A stretch of 64,000 nt of DNA from Bacteroidota bacterium (GTDB taxonomy: Bacteria > Bacteroidota > Bacteroidia > Flavobacteriales > Flavobacteriaceae): contig JBDKGM010000020.1 in the NCBI GenBank assembly GCA_039798185.1, positions 3,138 to 67,137 of the forward strand, given 5' to 3'. This document shows positions 20,011 to 29,340 of this stretch, piece after piece; positions within the stretch are counted from its first letter, which is position 1, and each line of letters starts with the position of its first letter. The notes below the pieces were generated by a model. It was not told the DNA's origin. It made no database searches and saw nothing but the letters and a program-made list of their open reading frames with translations. The position numbers and the translations under genes are program-made.

Positions 20011-20016
20011 TCTCTT

Positions 20017-20448
20017 TTAACCAATTTCAATTAAGCGTTTTGGTTTTGGTAACGCTTCATCCCGTTTGGGTAGCGTAATTTGCAAAACGCCATTTTCATA
20101 GTTGGCTTGAATTGCTTCGGTGTTAACACTCTCAGGTAGTGTAAACGAACGCTTGAAAGAAGCATAACTAAATTCTCTACGGGTATAACGCCCTTCGTTT
20201 TGGGAACTTTCGTTTTGGGCTTTCGTCTCCGATGAAATGGTCAACACATTCAAATCGATTTCAATACTAAAATCGGATTTATGCTTACCGGGTGCTGCCA
20301 ATTCTATGCCGAAAGCCGTATCGGTTTCTTTAATATTTACAGCAGGTACATTGGCACCAAAATTTTGGATTCCACCCATCCAATCGGGTTTGAAAAATTC
20401 ATCAAATACGGAAGGGAAATTCACGGCATTTCTTTTTACTAGTGTCAT
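20017..20448 (-). CDS. Small heat shock protein (Hsp20/alpha-crystallin)
   Basis: PAVNIKET, ELAAPG, RREFSYASFKRSFTLP, ANYENGVL.LPK. Confidence 0.93.
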   Translation of the reverse strand: MTLVKRNAVNFPSVFDEFFKPDWMGGIQNFGANVPAVNIKETDTAFGIELAAPGKHKSDFSIEIDLNVLTISSETKAQNESSQNEGRYTRREFSYASFKRSFTLPESVNTEAIQANYENGVLQITLPKRDEALPKPKRLIEIG

Positions 20449-20598
20449 ATCTTTTCTTTTTTAATTAAACATTTTTTAAAAGGATATAACACTCTAGACA
20501 AAGAATAGACCACAACACCAAAAAAGCCATTTTGACATTTTTGAGTATTAAAAAAAAGAAAAAATGACCGAATTAAGAAATCTTTAACTGACTAATTT

Positions 20599-21000
20599 TC
20601 AGTTGTGTTGCTCTTGAAAGACTTCGAGTAAAAAGTTGGGATCAATCATACGCGTTGGCGAATCTTCCATTGCTTTCAAAACGCGCTTAATCGCATGCGG
20701 ATTGAGTCCCATGTTAATTCCGATTTCCCGAATTTTGATTTGCTCGCGTTCGTGCAAAATACCATCACAATGCATAAGCAAAGCTAAACGGTAGAACTGT
20801 TGTACCCGTTCAAACTCGGATTTGATGATTTCACTGCGGTGCTCTTCATGAAAAAGTTGGCGCAGTTCATCTTTGGAAATCCCCAATTCGGTAGCGATAA
20901 TAAGTAGAAAAGCATATTCCCTTTCGTGCAATTCTCCATCGACGATGGCAAAGGCAATCATATCGGACAATAAACTGATTTTTTCGGCTTGGGTGTTCAT
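20599..21000 (-). CDS. TerB-like protein
   Basis: Two related half-motifs, AIVDGELHERE and MHCDGILHERE. Confidence 0.65.
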   Translation of the reverse strand: MNTQAEKISLLSDMIAFAIVDGELHEREYAFLLIIATELGISKDELRQLFHEEHRSEIIKSEFERVQQFYRLALLMHCDGILHEREQIKIREIGINMGLNPHAIKRVLKAMEDSPTRMIDPNFLLEVFQEQHN

Positions 21001-21050
21001 GATTTCCGTATTTTTAGCTAAAATATAAAAAAATCTTAAATCTCTTTTCA

Positions 21051-21851
21051 GTGCGAAAAATAGTCGGATTCCTACTCTTTCTTTTTACGCTTACGGTGTA
21101 TAGTCAAGAAAGCACGGCTTCACCACAGGTTCAAACCTTTACGCTAGAAGCCCCGCAACTACAAACTACCAAAAAAATTTGGTTGTACCTACCCAAAGAT
21201 TATGTTACAAGTAATCAAAAATATCCAGTCATCTATATGATGGATGGACAGAATTTATTTGATGCCAAAACATCGTATGTAGGGGAATGGAAAATCGATG
21301 AAACGTTGGACCGCTTGAATGCACAAGTTATTGTGGTGGGAATCGAACATGGAGGTGACAAACGCTTGGAAGAACTCACTCCGTTTCCCCATGCAAAATA
21401 CGGTGGTGGCAAAGGCGATTTGTTTTTGGAATTTATTGTACAAACACTAAAACCTCATATCGACACGAACTACCGAACCAAATCCAATCTGAAAAACACA
21501 GCCATTTTTGGAAGTTCGCTCGGCGGTTTAATGGCGTTTTACGCTTCCATCAAATACCCAAATGTGTTTGGGAAAGTCGGCTGCTTCTCCCCTGCCTTTT
21601 GGATCAATCGGGAACCACTTAATCAATTATTGACAGCAACCGATGCATACAAAGCGCGTATTTATTTATTATGCGGCGACCAAGAAGGCGATGACGATAT
21701 GATCAAGGATATGCAAGCCACCGAATATTGGATCAATACCCAACGCTGTTCGTGTAAAAAAATGAACAAAAGCGTTATTATCAAAGGCGGCCAACATAAC
21801 GAGAAATTGTGGAGTGAACAGTTTGAAAAAGCGTACCTTTGGCTGTTTTAG
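21051..21851 (+). CDS. Exported alpha/beta hydrolase (IroE/Fes-type esterase family)
   Basis: YPVIYMMDGQNLFD, nucleophile elbow GSSLGG, terminal GGQHNE..W. Confidence 0.88.
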   Translation: MRKIVGFLLFLFTLTVYSQESTASPQVQTFTLEAPQLQTTKKIWLYLPKDYVTSNQKYPVIYMMDGQNLFDAKTSYVGEWKIDETLDRLNAQVIVVGIEHGGDKRLEELTPFPHAKYGGGKGDLFLEFIVQTLKPHIDTNYRTKSNLKNTAIFGSSLGGLMAFYASIKYPNVFGKVGCFSPAFWINREPLNQLLTATDAYKARIYLLCGDQEGDDDMIKDMQATEYWINTQRCSCKKMNKSVIIKGGQHNEKLWSEQFEKAYLWLF

Positions 21852-21991
21852 ATTTTAGATTTTAGATTTTAGATTTTAGATTTTAGTGACTAGTGACTGA
21901 TTACTGATTACTGATTACTGATTACTGATTACTGTTTACTGTTTACTGAATACTGAATACTGACCACTGAATACTGACCACTGATTATTGA
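21845..21991 (+). repeat. 21-unit phased heptamer array with drifting sequence
   Basis: GTTTTAG, ATTTTAG x5, TGACTAG, TGACTGA, TTACTGA x4, TTACTGT x2, TTACTGA, ATACTGA x2, CCACTGA, ATACTGA, CCACTGA, TTATTGA, with no break in the 7-nt phase. Confidence 0.95.
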
Positions 21992-21995
21992 AAAA

Positions 21996-22400
21996 ATGAA
22001 TAACAACGATATATTTAAAAAACTTCGTGTGGCGCTGCAATTGCGCGATGACCAAATTGTAGAAATCTTGGATCTTGTGGATTTTCGCATTTCCAAAGGA
22101 GAATTAGGTAACTTTTTCCGGGATACCGAACATCCAAAATATATGGATTGTGGCGACCAAATTTTGCGCAATTTCTTAAACGGATTAATTATTCATTTAC
22201 GCGGTACAAAAGAAGCGCCTAAGAATCCGCTAGAAGTCATTGCAACCCACAAAAAAACGCCACCAAAGAAAGAAGTCAATGACCAACCCAAAGCAACGGC
22301 TCCGAAAAAATTTGGCAAAAAACCAACCAAAAAATTCAACGCTAAACCCGTGATTGTCGAAAAAGTTAATTACAAAAACGGCAAGAAAAAAGAAAAGTAA
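21996..22400 (+). CDS. DUF1456 family protein
   Basis: MNNNDIFKKLRVAL.LRDD, DQILRNFLNGLII, Lys-rich tail. Confidence 0.85.
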   Translation: MNNNDIFKKLRVALQLRDDQIVEILDLVDFRISKGELGNFFRDTEHPKYMDCGDQILRNFLNGLIIHLRGTKEAPKNPLEVIATHKKTPPKKEVNDQPKATAPKKFGKKPTKKFNAKPVIVEKVNYKNGKKKEK

Positions 22401-22490
22401 CACTTTCAATCACAATAGTTTGTAACCTAGGTCACCTTTTCTTGTTTTTTGGAATGCTATCTTTACGTAGACATTTTAAAAACAGACAAG

Positions 22491-22694
22491 ATGAAAAAAA
22501 ATATGGGTTTTGCAGACCGTGCAATTCGATTAGTGATTGCTGCTGCATTGGTATTGGCTTACAGTAAAGGAATTATAGCAGGGAATTTAGGAATTATCGG
22601 CCTCGTATTTGCAGGTGTCTTTACCCTAACTTCGTTGATTAGCTTTTGTCCGTTGTATACACTCATCGGACTGAATACCAACAAGAAAAGTTAA
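22491..22694 (+). CDS. DUF2892 (YgaP-like) small membrane protein
   Basis: MKKNMG.ADRAIR, two TM helices, FCPLY. ATG at 22491 is preferred. Confidence 0.85.
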   Translation: MKKNMGFADRAIRLVIAAALVLAYSKGIIAGNLGIIGLVFAGVFTLTSLISFCPLYTLIGLNTNKKS

Positions 22695-22787
22695 CATATT
22701 GTGGATAATTTCCATCCTACTTTTAATTAAAATCAGCAAAATATGCTGATTTTTTTTTAAGTTTACCGCACTCTAAACAGTATAAAA

Positions 22788-23759
22788 ATGAGAAAATTAA
22801 CATTATCCTTTTTTGCAATTGCGGCACTCTTTACCATTGCTTGTTCGCAAGATGCTGTAACTCCAACAACTTCGGAGGCAAAAACTACGGGAGGGACTGT
22901 AACCACATTAGCCACTACTCCAAAAAAATTCTTATTTGACGCAACCAAAGCCGAAACAGCAGGAAATGCCGATTGGATTTTGGATGCAGATTCAAGTAAT
23001 CCACAACGCATTCCAACACCCGCTCAATCAGGCATCACGGCTACGACTCCAGAAAGTTATTGGCGTGGAGGATTATCGTCTTGGGGTGTTTCCTTAGTGA
23101 AATTAGGCCATACGGTGGAAACTTTACCATCAGGGACAGCAATTACCTATGGTGGAACAGGCGTTCAAGATTTAAAAAATTATGATGTATATGTGGTAAC
23201 TGAACCCAACATCCGATTTACTGCTGCTGAGAAAACGGCAATTTTGCGTTTTGTACAAAATGGTGGAGGTTTGTTCATTATCGGAAACCACAATGGTGCA
23301 GACCGAAACAATGACGGATATGATGCCGTAAAAGTTTGGAACGATTTAATGAGTACTAATACAGTTAAAACCAATCCTTTCGGATTTACATTCAATGCCG
23401 TTAGTATTTCTGAAACGACAACCAATCGCTTAAGTGCAACTACAGATCCTATTTTGAATGGTTCACAAGGTGTGGTGTCAAATTTAAAATTCTCTGCAGG
23501 TTCAACATTAAGTTTGAACACTACAGCAAACCCAACCGTAAAAGGATTAATTTGGCGTGCAACATCTACACAAGGTACTACAAACGTAATGTGTGCTAGC
23601 GCAACATTTGGTACGGGACGTGTATTTGCAATTTGCGACAGTTCGCCCGCAGATGACGGTACAGGAACACCTGGTGACACCTTATATCCAGGTTGGACGG
23701 AATTGGTATCCCATTCTCGATTGCACATGAATGCTTCGCTTTGGTTAGCGAAACTATAA
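22788..23759 (+). CDS. Lipoprotein with putative class I glutamine amidotransferase-like domain
   Basis: Lipobox TIAC-SQD, LFDATKAETAGNADW, YDVYVVTEPN, FVQNGGGLFIIGNH, DSSPADDGTG. Confidence 0.55.
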   Translation: MRKLTLSFFAIAALFTIACSQDAVTPTTSEAKTTGGTVTTLATTPKKFLFDATKAETAGNADWILDADSSNPQRIPTPAQSGITATTPESYWRGGLSSWGVSLVKLGHTVETLPSGTAITYGGTGVQDLKNYDVYVVTEPNIRFTAAEKTAILRFVQNGGGLFIIGNHNGADRNNDGYDAVKVWNDLMSTNTVKTNPFGFTFNAVSISETTTNRLSATTDPILNGSQGVVSNLKFSAGSTLSLNTTANPTVKGLIWRATSTQGTTNVMCASATFGTGRVFAICDSSPADDGTGTPGDTLYPGWTELVSHSRLHMNASLWLAKL

Positions 23760-23772
23760 TAGGAGCACTATT

Positions 23773-23860
23773 GCGCTAAGGATAGCAGTGGAAAGCCCGG
23801 ATGCCGGAGGAACGAAGGCAACGGACTTGCAACGGATAGCCTGACCCTTCGGGGAGCGCC
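23773..23860 (+). ncRNA. Flavo-1-related structured repeat, variant copy 4
   Basis: GCGCT...AGCGC outer stem; GATAGCAGTGGAAAGCCCG-[TGCC/GGCA]-CGGACTTGCAACGGATAGC; terminal CCC-TTC-GGG hairpin. Confidence 0.5.
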
Positions 23861-23873
23861 CAAAAAAATATAA

Positions 23874-23950
23874 AAAACGCCTACGTCAGATGATTTAGGC
23901 GTTTTTTTTATGCAAAAAAAAATCCCGACAACTTGCGTCATCGGGACTTC
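23874..23950. terminator. Two back-to-back terminators between convergent genes
   Basis: AAAAAACGCCTA...TAGGCGTTTTTTT, then AAAAAAATCCCGA...TCGGGA. Confidence 0.8.
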
Positions 23951-23970
23951 TCACTTTCGTTAATTTATCG

Positions 23971-25164
23971 TTACGACAAAGCTGCTTTTACTTGATCTGC
24001 TGCTTCTTGGAATTGTACTGCCGATAGAATTGGCATTCCAGAGTTGTCGATTAATTCTTTAGCCACCTCAGCATTGGTACCTTGTAAACGTACAATGATT
24101 GGCACTTTGATTTCGTCACCCATATTTTTGTAAGCATCTACTACCCCTTGTGCCACACGGTCACAACGAACGATACCCCCAAAAATATTGATTAAAATCG
24201 CTTTCACATTAGGATCTTTCAAGATGATACGGAAGGCAGTTTCTACACGTTTTGCATCAGCTGTACCACCCACGTCCAAGAAGTTAGCCGGTTCAAAACC
24301 TGCATACTTGATCAAGTCCATAGTTGCCATTGCCAATCCCGCACCGTTCACCATACATCCCACAGTTCCGTCCAAATCTACGTAGTTTAACCCTGCTTCT
24401 TTCGCTTCTACTTCGATTGGATTCTCCTCGCGGATATCACGCATTTCAGCAATCGCCGCTTGACGGTACAAGGCGTTATCATCGATGTTTACTTTCGCGT
24501 CAACCGCTAAGATTTTGTTATCCGATGTTTTTAAAACAGGGTTAATTTCGAACAACGATGCATCGCTGTTGATATAAGCCGTGTATAATGAATCTACGAA
24601 TTTCACCATTTCTTTGAACGCGTTACCCGACAACCCTAAGTTGAACGCAATGCGACGCGCTTGGAAACCTTGTAATCCAATGTTTGGATCGATTTCTTCA
24701 GTGAAAATCAAATGGGGTGTTTTTTCTGCTACTTCTTCAATATCCATTCCACCTTCAGTAGAATACATGATCATGTTTCTTCCTTTGGCACGGTTTAACA
24801 ATACCGACATATAGAATTCAGACACTTCGCTTTCACCTGGGTAGTATACATCTTCAGCAATCAATACTTTGTGTACTTTTTTCCCTTCTGGCGGCGTTTG
24901 TGGCGTAACCAACATCATTCCAATGATTTGTTCTGAAATTTCAGTTACTTGGTCTAAATTTTTAGCCAATTTCACTCCTCCACCTTTACCGCGGCCTCCA
25001 GCGTGAATTTGTGCTTTTACCACATACCAAGAAGTTCCGGTATCGGCTGTTAATTGTTTGGCAGCAGCTACCGCTTCTACTGGATTATTGGCAACAATAC
25101 CACGTTGTACGCGAACGCCATATTTTGCGAGAATCTCTTTTCCTTGATATTCGTGTATGTTCAT
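23971..25164 (-). CDS. sucC: Succinyl-CoA ligase [ADP-forming] beta subunit
   Basis: MNIHEYQGKE, KAQIHAGGRGKGGGV, NGAGLAMATMD, NIFGGIVRCD. Start moved to 25164; -7 element TACATTTG at 25216-25223. Confidence 0.97.
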   Translation of the reverse strand: MNIHEYQGKEILAKYGVRVQRGIVANNPVEAVAAAKQLTADTGTSWYVVKAQIHAGGRGKGGGVKLAKNLDQVTEISEQIIGMMLVTPQTPPEGKKVHKVLIAEDVYYPGESEVSEFYMSVLLNRAKGRNMIMYSTEGGMDIEEVAEKTPHLIFTEEIDPNIGLQGFQARRIAFNLGLSGNAFKEMVKFVDSLYTAYINSDASLFEINPVLKTSDNKILAVDAKVNIDDNALYRQAAIAEMRDIREENPIEVEAKEAGLNYVDLDGTVGCMVNGAGLAMATMDLIKYAGFEPANFLDVGGTADAKRVETAFRIILKDPNVKAILINIFGGIVRCDRVAQGVVDAYKNMGDEIKVPIIVRLQGTNAEVAKELIDNSGMPILSAVQFQEAADQVKAALS

Positions 25165-25275
25165 AATAAAGAATAAGTTTAGTTGTATTCGGAACGGGTC
25201 CGATATTAAGTGCCACAAATGTAAGTAAATCGACCAAAACAAAAAAGAAATGTATATCAATTTAGTAAGTTTTTT

Positions 25276-25370
25276 GGAGCTATTTCCCGCTTTCGCCTTT
25301 ATCTATTTTTTTGGCCCTTTAAAACTGACGAATAGGCCAAAAAAATAGGATATCGGCTCTATCGGGGCTA
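25276..25370 (-). ncRNA. Flavo-1-like structured repeat, copy 3
   Basis: Minus strand TAGCCCCGATAGAGCCGATATCC-[13-bp perfect stem TATTTTTTTGGCC/GGCCAAAAAAATA]-GATAAAGGCGAAAGCGGGAAATAGCTCC. Confidence 0.72.
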
Positions 25371-25503
25371 AAAAAATTCCGTATTCCCAATCCCGCCCCT
25401 GCTTTGTTAAAATATTCCTATAAATCGGCTACTCGGTTGACTCCCTGCGGGCTATGCGGTATCTTTGCGGGGTATAATTTTAATCTTAATTTTTTTGAAC
25501 AGC

Positions 25504-26709
25504 ATGCAAACTTCAGAGTTACTCGCATTGGCTGAAAACTACGGCTGTCCGCTGTATGTGTATGATGCCAACAAAATCGAACACCAATACCAACGTCTTA
25601 CCCACGCCTTTTCCAAGGTGGAATCGTTACGCATCAATTATGCAATGAAGGCGTTATCCAACATTTCGATTTTGAAGCTGTTCCGAAAGATGGGGTCCGG
25701 ACTGGACACGGTTTCAATTCAAGAAGTACAACTCGGACTCCATGCCAGATTCACACCCGATAGCATTATCTTCACGCCAAATGGTGTTTCGTTTGAGGAA
25801 CTCGAACAAGCGGCCGCTTTGGGAGTGCAAATTAACATCGATAATTTATCGGTTTTGGAACACTTTGGTACCAAGCATCCGAAAACTCCGGTATGTATCC
25901 GCATCAATCCGCATGTCATGGCAGGCGGAAACGAGAATATTTCTGTGGGTCATATCGATAGTAAATTCGGAATTTCGATTTACCAAGTGCCGCATATTTT
26001 GCGCATTGTTGAAAATACAGGCATGACCATCAACGGAATCCATATGCACACCGGTTCGGATATCCTAGACATCGAAGTGTTTTTGTATGCTGCCGAGATT
26101 CTTTTTGATACGGCCAAACAATTTAAAAACTTGGAATTCCTCGATTTCGGCTCCGGATTCAAAGTGCCTTACAAAAAAGGTGACATTGAAACCAACATTG
26201 AGGAATTGGGCAAAAAATTGACCAAACGCTTTTTGGCTTTTGAGAAAGAATACGGAAAACCGTTGACCTTAGCATTTGAACCTGGAAAATTCTTGGTAAG
26301 TGAAGCGGGGCATTTCTTGGCCAAAGTGAATGTCGTAAAACAAACCACTTCGACGGTTTTTGCTGGGATTGATACGGGTTTCAACCACTTGATTCGCCCT
26401 ATGTTTTACGGTTCGTCCCACACCATCGAAAACATTTCCAACCCCAAAGGCAAGGAACGTTTTTACACGGTAGTAGGTTATATCTGTGAAACGGATACGT
26501 TTGCCAATAACCGCCGCATTGCCGAAATCAACGAAGGCGATGTGTTGTGTTTTAAAAATGCAGGAGCGTATTGTTTCTCGATGGCATCCAACTACAACTC
26601 GCGTTTCAAACCAGCTGAAGTCTTATGGAAAGACGGCCAAGGGCACTTGATTCGGGAACGGGAAACGTTTGAAGATTTACTCCAAAATCAAATTCTTTTG
26701 GATCTATAA
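25504..26709 (+). CDS. lysA: Diaminopimelate decarboxylase
   Basis: YAMKA (PLP Lys), HIDSKFG, HMHTGS, EPGKFLV, GYICET, GAYCFSMASNYN. -7 element TATCTTTG at 25460-25467 supports the ATG at 25504. Confidence 0.96.
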   Translation: MQTSELLALAENYGCPLYVYDANKIEHQYQRLTHAFSKVESLRINYAMKALSNISILKLFRKMGSGLDTVSIQEVQLGLHARFTPDSIIFTPNGVSFEELEQAAALGVQINIDNLSVLEHFGTKHPKTPVCIRINPHVMAGGNENISVGHIDSKFGISIYQVPHILRIVENTGMTINGIHMHTGSDILDIEVFLYAAEILFDTAKQFKNLEFLDFGSGFKVPYKKGDIETNIEELGKKLTKRFLAFEKEYGKPLTLAFEPGKFLVSEAGHFLAKVNVVKQTTSTVFAGIDTGFNHLIRPMFYGSSHTIENISNPKGKERFYTVVGYICETDTFANNRRIAEINEGDVLCFKNAGAYCFSMASNYNSRFKPAEVLWKDGQGHLIRERETFEDLLQNQILLDL

Positions 26710-26710
26710 C

Positions 26711-26740
26711 AAAAAAGGCTGTCGAAACGGACAGCCTTTG
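26711..26740. terminator. Bidirectional terminator (GCTGTC family)
   Basis: AAAGGCTGTC-gaaacg-GACAGCCTTT. Confidence 0.85.
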
Positions 26741-26744
26741 ATAT

Positions 26745-27653
26745 TTAATGCAACGGACGTTTTTTAATCATCCCGCCTTTGGTATCTTTAATGGAATGTT
26801 GGACAATAAAAGCGCCTTCATCTACTTTTTGAATTTCTAAAACCAATTTGGTAACCTCCAAACGCGTGACCACACAGTACAATACTTTATTTTCATTGTG
26901 GTCGATACCGCGTTTTCCATAACCACTTTCCGAGTTATACACGGTAACTCCATGTTGAAGATTATCGATAATAGCCTGTTTAATCTCATCGGCATTACGA
27001 GAAACGATGGTTACTCCGATATATTCTTCAATACCGTTGATGATAAAATCCACCGTTTTGGAAGCTGAGAAGTACGTCAGCATACTGTACATGGCCGTTT
27101 CGACATTGAATAAAAAGGCAGCACAAGCGAAAACTCCGATGTTGAATACAGAGATAAAATCCCCCACAGTGAGACTGGTTTTTTTACTGACATAGATAGC
27201 CAAGACTTCCGTACCGTCAATCACGGCACCACCACGAATGGTAAATCCGATACCGGCGCCCAAGAAAAATCCACCAAAAACCGAAATCAATAACTTATCA
27301 TTGGTGATGACTTTAAAATCGACAAAATGGACGAGTAGCGACAATGCTAGTATAGCGCCCATACTTTTGAACGCGAACTCCCAAGAAATTTGTTTGGCAC
27401 CAATAAGAATAAAGGGTAAATTGATTATAACGATCAACAAAGACAAGTCAATACCGGTGGCACGTTCGGTTAATAAGGATAACCCCATGGCTCCCCCATC
27501 CAAAAAATCATTGGGTAATAAAAATTGTTTTAATCCGATGGTTGCCATGGTTATACCGATGGATATCAGGATAAAATCTTTTAAATAGCGTTCAAAAACG
27601 AGTTCTTTAATGCGGGTACTTTCTTTGTACAAGGTTTTAATCAATACTTTCAT
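26745..27653 (-). CDS. YitT (UPF0750) family membrane protein
   Basis: FLDGGAMG, NLPF, GGAVIDGTE, C-terminal DUF2179-like RLEVTKL...DEGAFI. Confidence 0.88.
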   Translation of the reverse strand: MKVLIKTLYKESTRIKELVFERYLKDFILISIGITMATIGLKQFLLPNDFLDGGAMGLSLLTERATGIDLSLLIVIINLPFILIGAKQISWEFAFKSMGAILALSLLVHFVDFKVITNDKLLISVFGGFFLGAGIGFTIRGGAVIDGTEVLAIYVSKKTSLTVGDFISVFNIGVFACAAFLFNVETAMYSMLTYFSASKTVDFIINGIEEYIGVTIVSRNADEIKQAIIDNLQHGVTVYNSESGYGKRGIDHNENKVLYCVVTRLEVTKLVLEIQKVDEGAFIVQHSIKDTKGGMIKKRPLH

Positions 27654-27731
27654 AGGCGTATGCTTTTGCACAAAATACAAAAAAAAGCCCTTTGTAAAAA
27701 GGGCTTCAATGCGTTTAACAGGAATTTAATA

Positions 27732-29339
27732 CTAGCGAAAAAGTTCGGGAAGCACTTCACATTCCGACCCGTTGGGGAAGGTAATATTGATCTTTTGACA
27801 AACTGTGGGTGCAATTTGTGTGATTAAACGTTTTTCATGACTTTCGCCTTTTCGAATGCCCCAACCGAAGAATAATAAGGGGGCATGGGTATCATAGGCA
27901 TAGGGTGTACCGTGGGATGTTCCCGTTTTACCGTACTCGATATATCCTGGTTTATCCACAATCACTAATTGGCCGTTTTCATGCACATCATAACCGCGAG
28001 CTACCATTTCTTTGTAATAGTCTCCCGCACAAAAATGTTCGACTTCCTCTTGCGTGTAGACGGTTTTCACATGCTCTTGGGCTAAAATATAAGATTTAAA
28101 AGAGGCTTCAACTGTTTTGAAATCCAACTGTTTTTCTTTGATTTTAGCTAGATCGAAATAGACATTGAAATTGGAGTAATTCAGCACCAAATCCTCACCA
28201 TACGTATCGGTAGAAAACTTTTTTAATCCGGCTTCAATGGCTTTATAATCCAAATTGGTCACATTGTATTTATGATCATGCATAAATGTTGAATTCTCGG
28301 AACATGCGTGATCGGCAGTGACAAAAACCATATATTGATCTTTACCGACAGTTGTGTCCAAATAAGCCAAGAAATCCGATAAAGTTTTGTCTAATCGTAA
28401 ATACGTATCCTGCAATTCCATAGAGCGCGGACCTAAAATATGTCCGACATAGTCTGTAGATGAAAAACTCACCGCTAGAAAATCGGTATTCTCGTCTTTC
28501 CCTAATTGTTCTTTAGCGATGGCCAACTTGGCGAAATCAGCCAAATAATCATTTCCAAAAGGAACCGTGCGTAAAACCCCTGCATCGTTTTTTGCCAGCA
28601 TGGTTTTTAAATCATAGGGAAATACCGGTTTTTCAACACCGTACAATTTGCCTTCATAAGGAGAATCGTCGGGATCACTTTCATTATAGGTAGCGAGTGG
28701 TTTGAATAAATTCCATCCTTGGTTGATGTAATTCATATAGCCTTTTTTGGCATTGAATTCTGTGACCCAATCGGGTAATTTTTCACCATAATAATTACTT
28801 GAGATGAAGTTACCTGTTTTGCTATACCAAAACGCCCAATTGGCAAAGTGACCCGCAGGTAAAATCGCTCCACGGTCTTTGATACTCATTCCGATAACTT
28901 TTCCCTTGAAATTAGTTGCCATGCGCAATTCATCGGTCATCGTTGTCGCCAATAAATTTTTGGGAGACATAAGTCCTTCATTTACGGCACCTTCTCCTAA
29001 TGCCAACACAGAAGCATCTTCAGTACAGTATTTTTCCTTCCCTTTCGTCCGACTAAACCATTCATTGCTCACAATACCGTGCACCGAAGGCGTTGTTCCT
29101 GTATAAATACTTGCATGCCCTGGGGCAGTGTAGGTAGGCATATAATTGTAATGTGCATTATGAAAGGTAAATCCGTTATTCATGATGCGTTTGAAACCCG
29201 TTTCCGAAAAATCATTTTGAAAGCGGTATAAATATTCCATCCGCATTTGATCGATAACGATTCCAACCACTAATTTGGGTCGTTTTTGACTAATTGAAAG
29301 TTGGGAAACCAATAGAATTCCCAAAACATATTTTTTCAT
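27732..29339 (-). CDS. pafA: Alkaline phosphatase of the PafA family
   Basis: VIDQMR, Thr-nucleophile motif PTYTAPGHASIYTG, SIKDRGAIL.AGH, DYVGH, TADH, GTSHG. Confidence 0.88.
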   Translation of the reverse strand: MKKYVLGILLVSQLSISQKRPKLVVGIVIDQMRMEYLYRFQNDFSETGFKRIMNNGFTFHNAHYNYMPTYTAPGHASIYTGTTPSVHGIVSNEWFSRTKGKEKYCTEDASVLALGEGAVNEGLMSPKNLLATTMTDELRMATNFKGKVIGMSIKDRGAILPAGHFANWAFWYSKTGNFISSNYYGEKLPDWVTEFNAKKGYMNYINQGWNLFKPLATYNESDPDDSPYEGKLYGVEKPVFPYDLKTMLAKNDAGVLRTVPFGNDYLADFAKLAIAKEQLGKDENTDFLAVSFSSTDYVGHILGPRSMELQDTYLRLDKTLSDFLAYLDTTVGKDQYMVFVTADHACSENSTFMHDHKYNVTNLDYKAIEAGLKKFSTDTYGEDLVLNYSNFNVYFDLAKIKEKQLDFKTVEASFKSYILAQEHVKTVYTQEEVEHFCAGDYYKEMVARGYDVHENGQLVIVDKPGYIEYGKTGTSHGTPYAYDTHAPLLFFGWGIRKGESHEKRLITQIAPTVCQKINITFPNGSECEVLPELFR

Positions 29340-29340
29340 T

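Noticed and set aside
21929-22171. 80 aa minus-strand ORF ending in QYSVVSIQYSVNSKQ
   Set aside because: Its tail is just the translated heptamer array and the rest is antisense to DUF1456.
25380-25503. Lysine riboswitch upstream of lysA
   Set aside because: The leader after the -7 element is about 35 nt, and the nearby structured sequence is the Flavo-1-like copy on the other strand.
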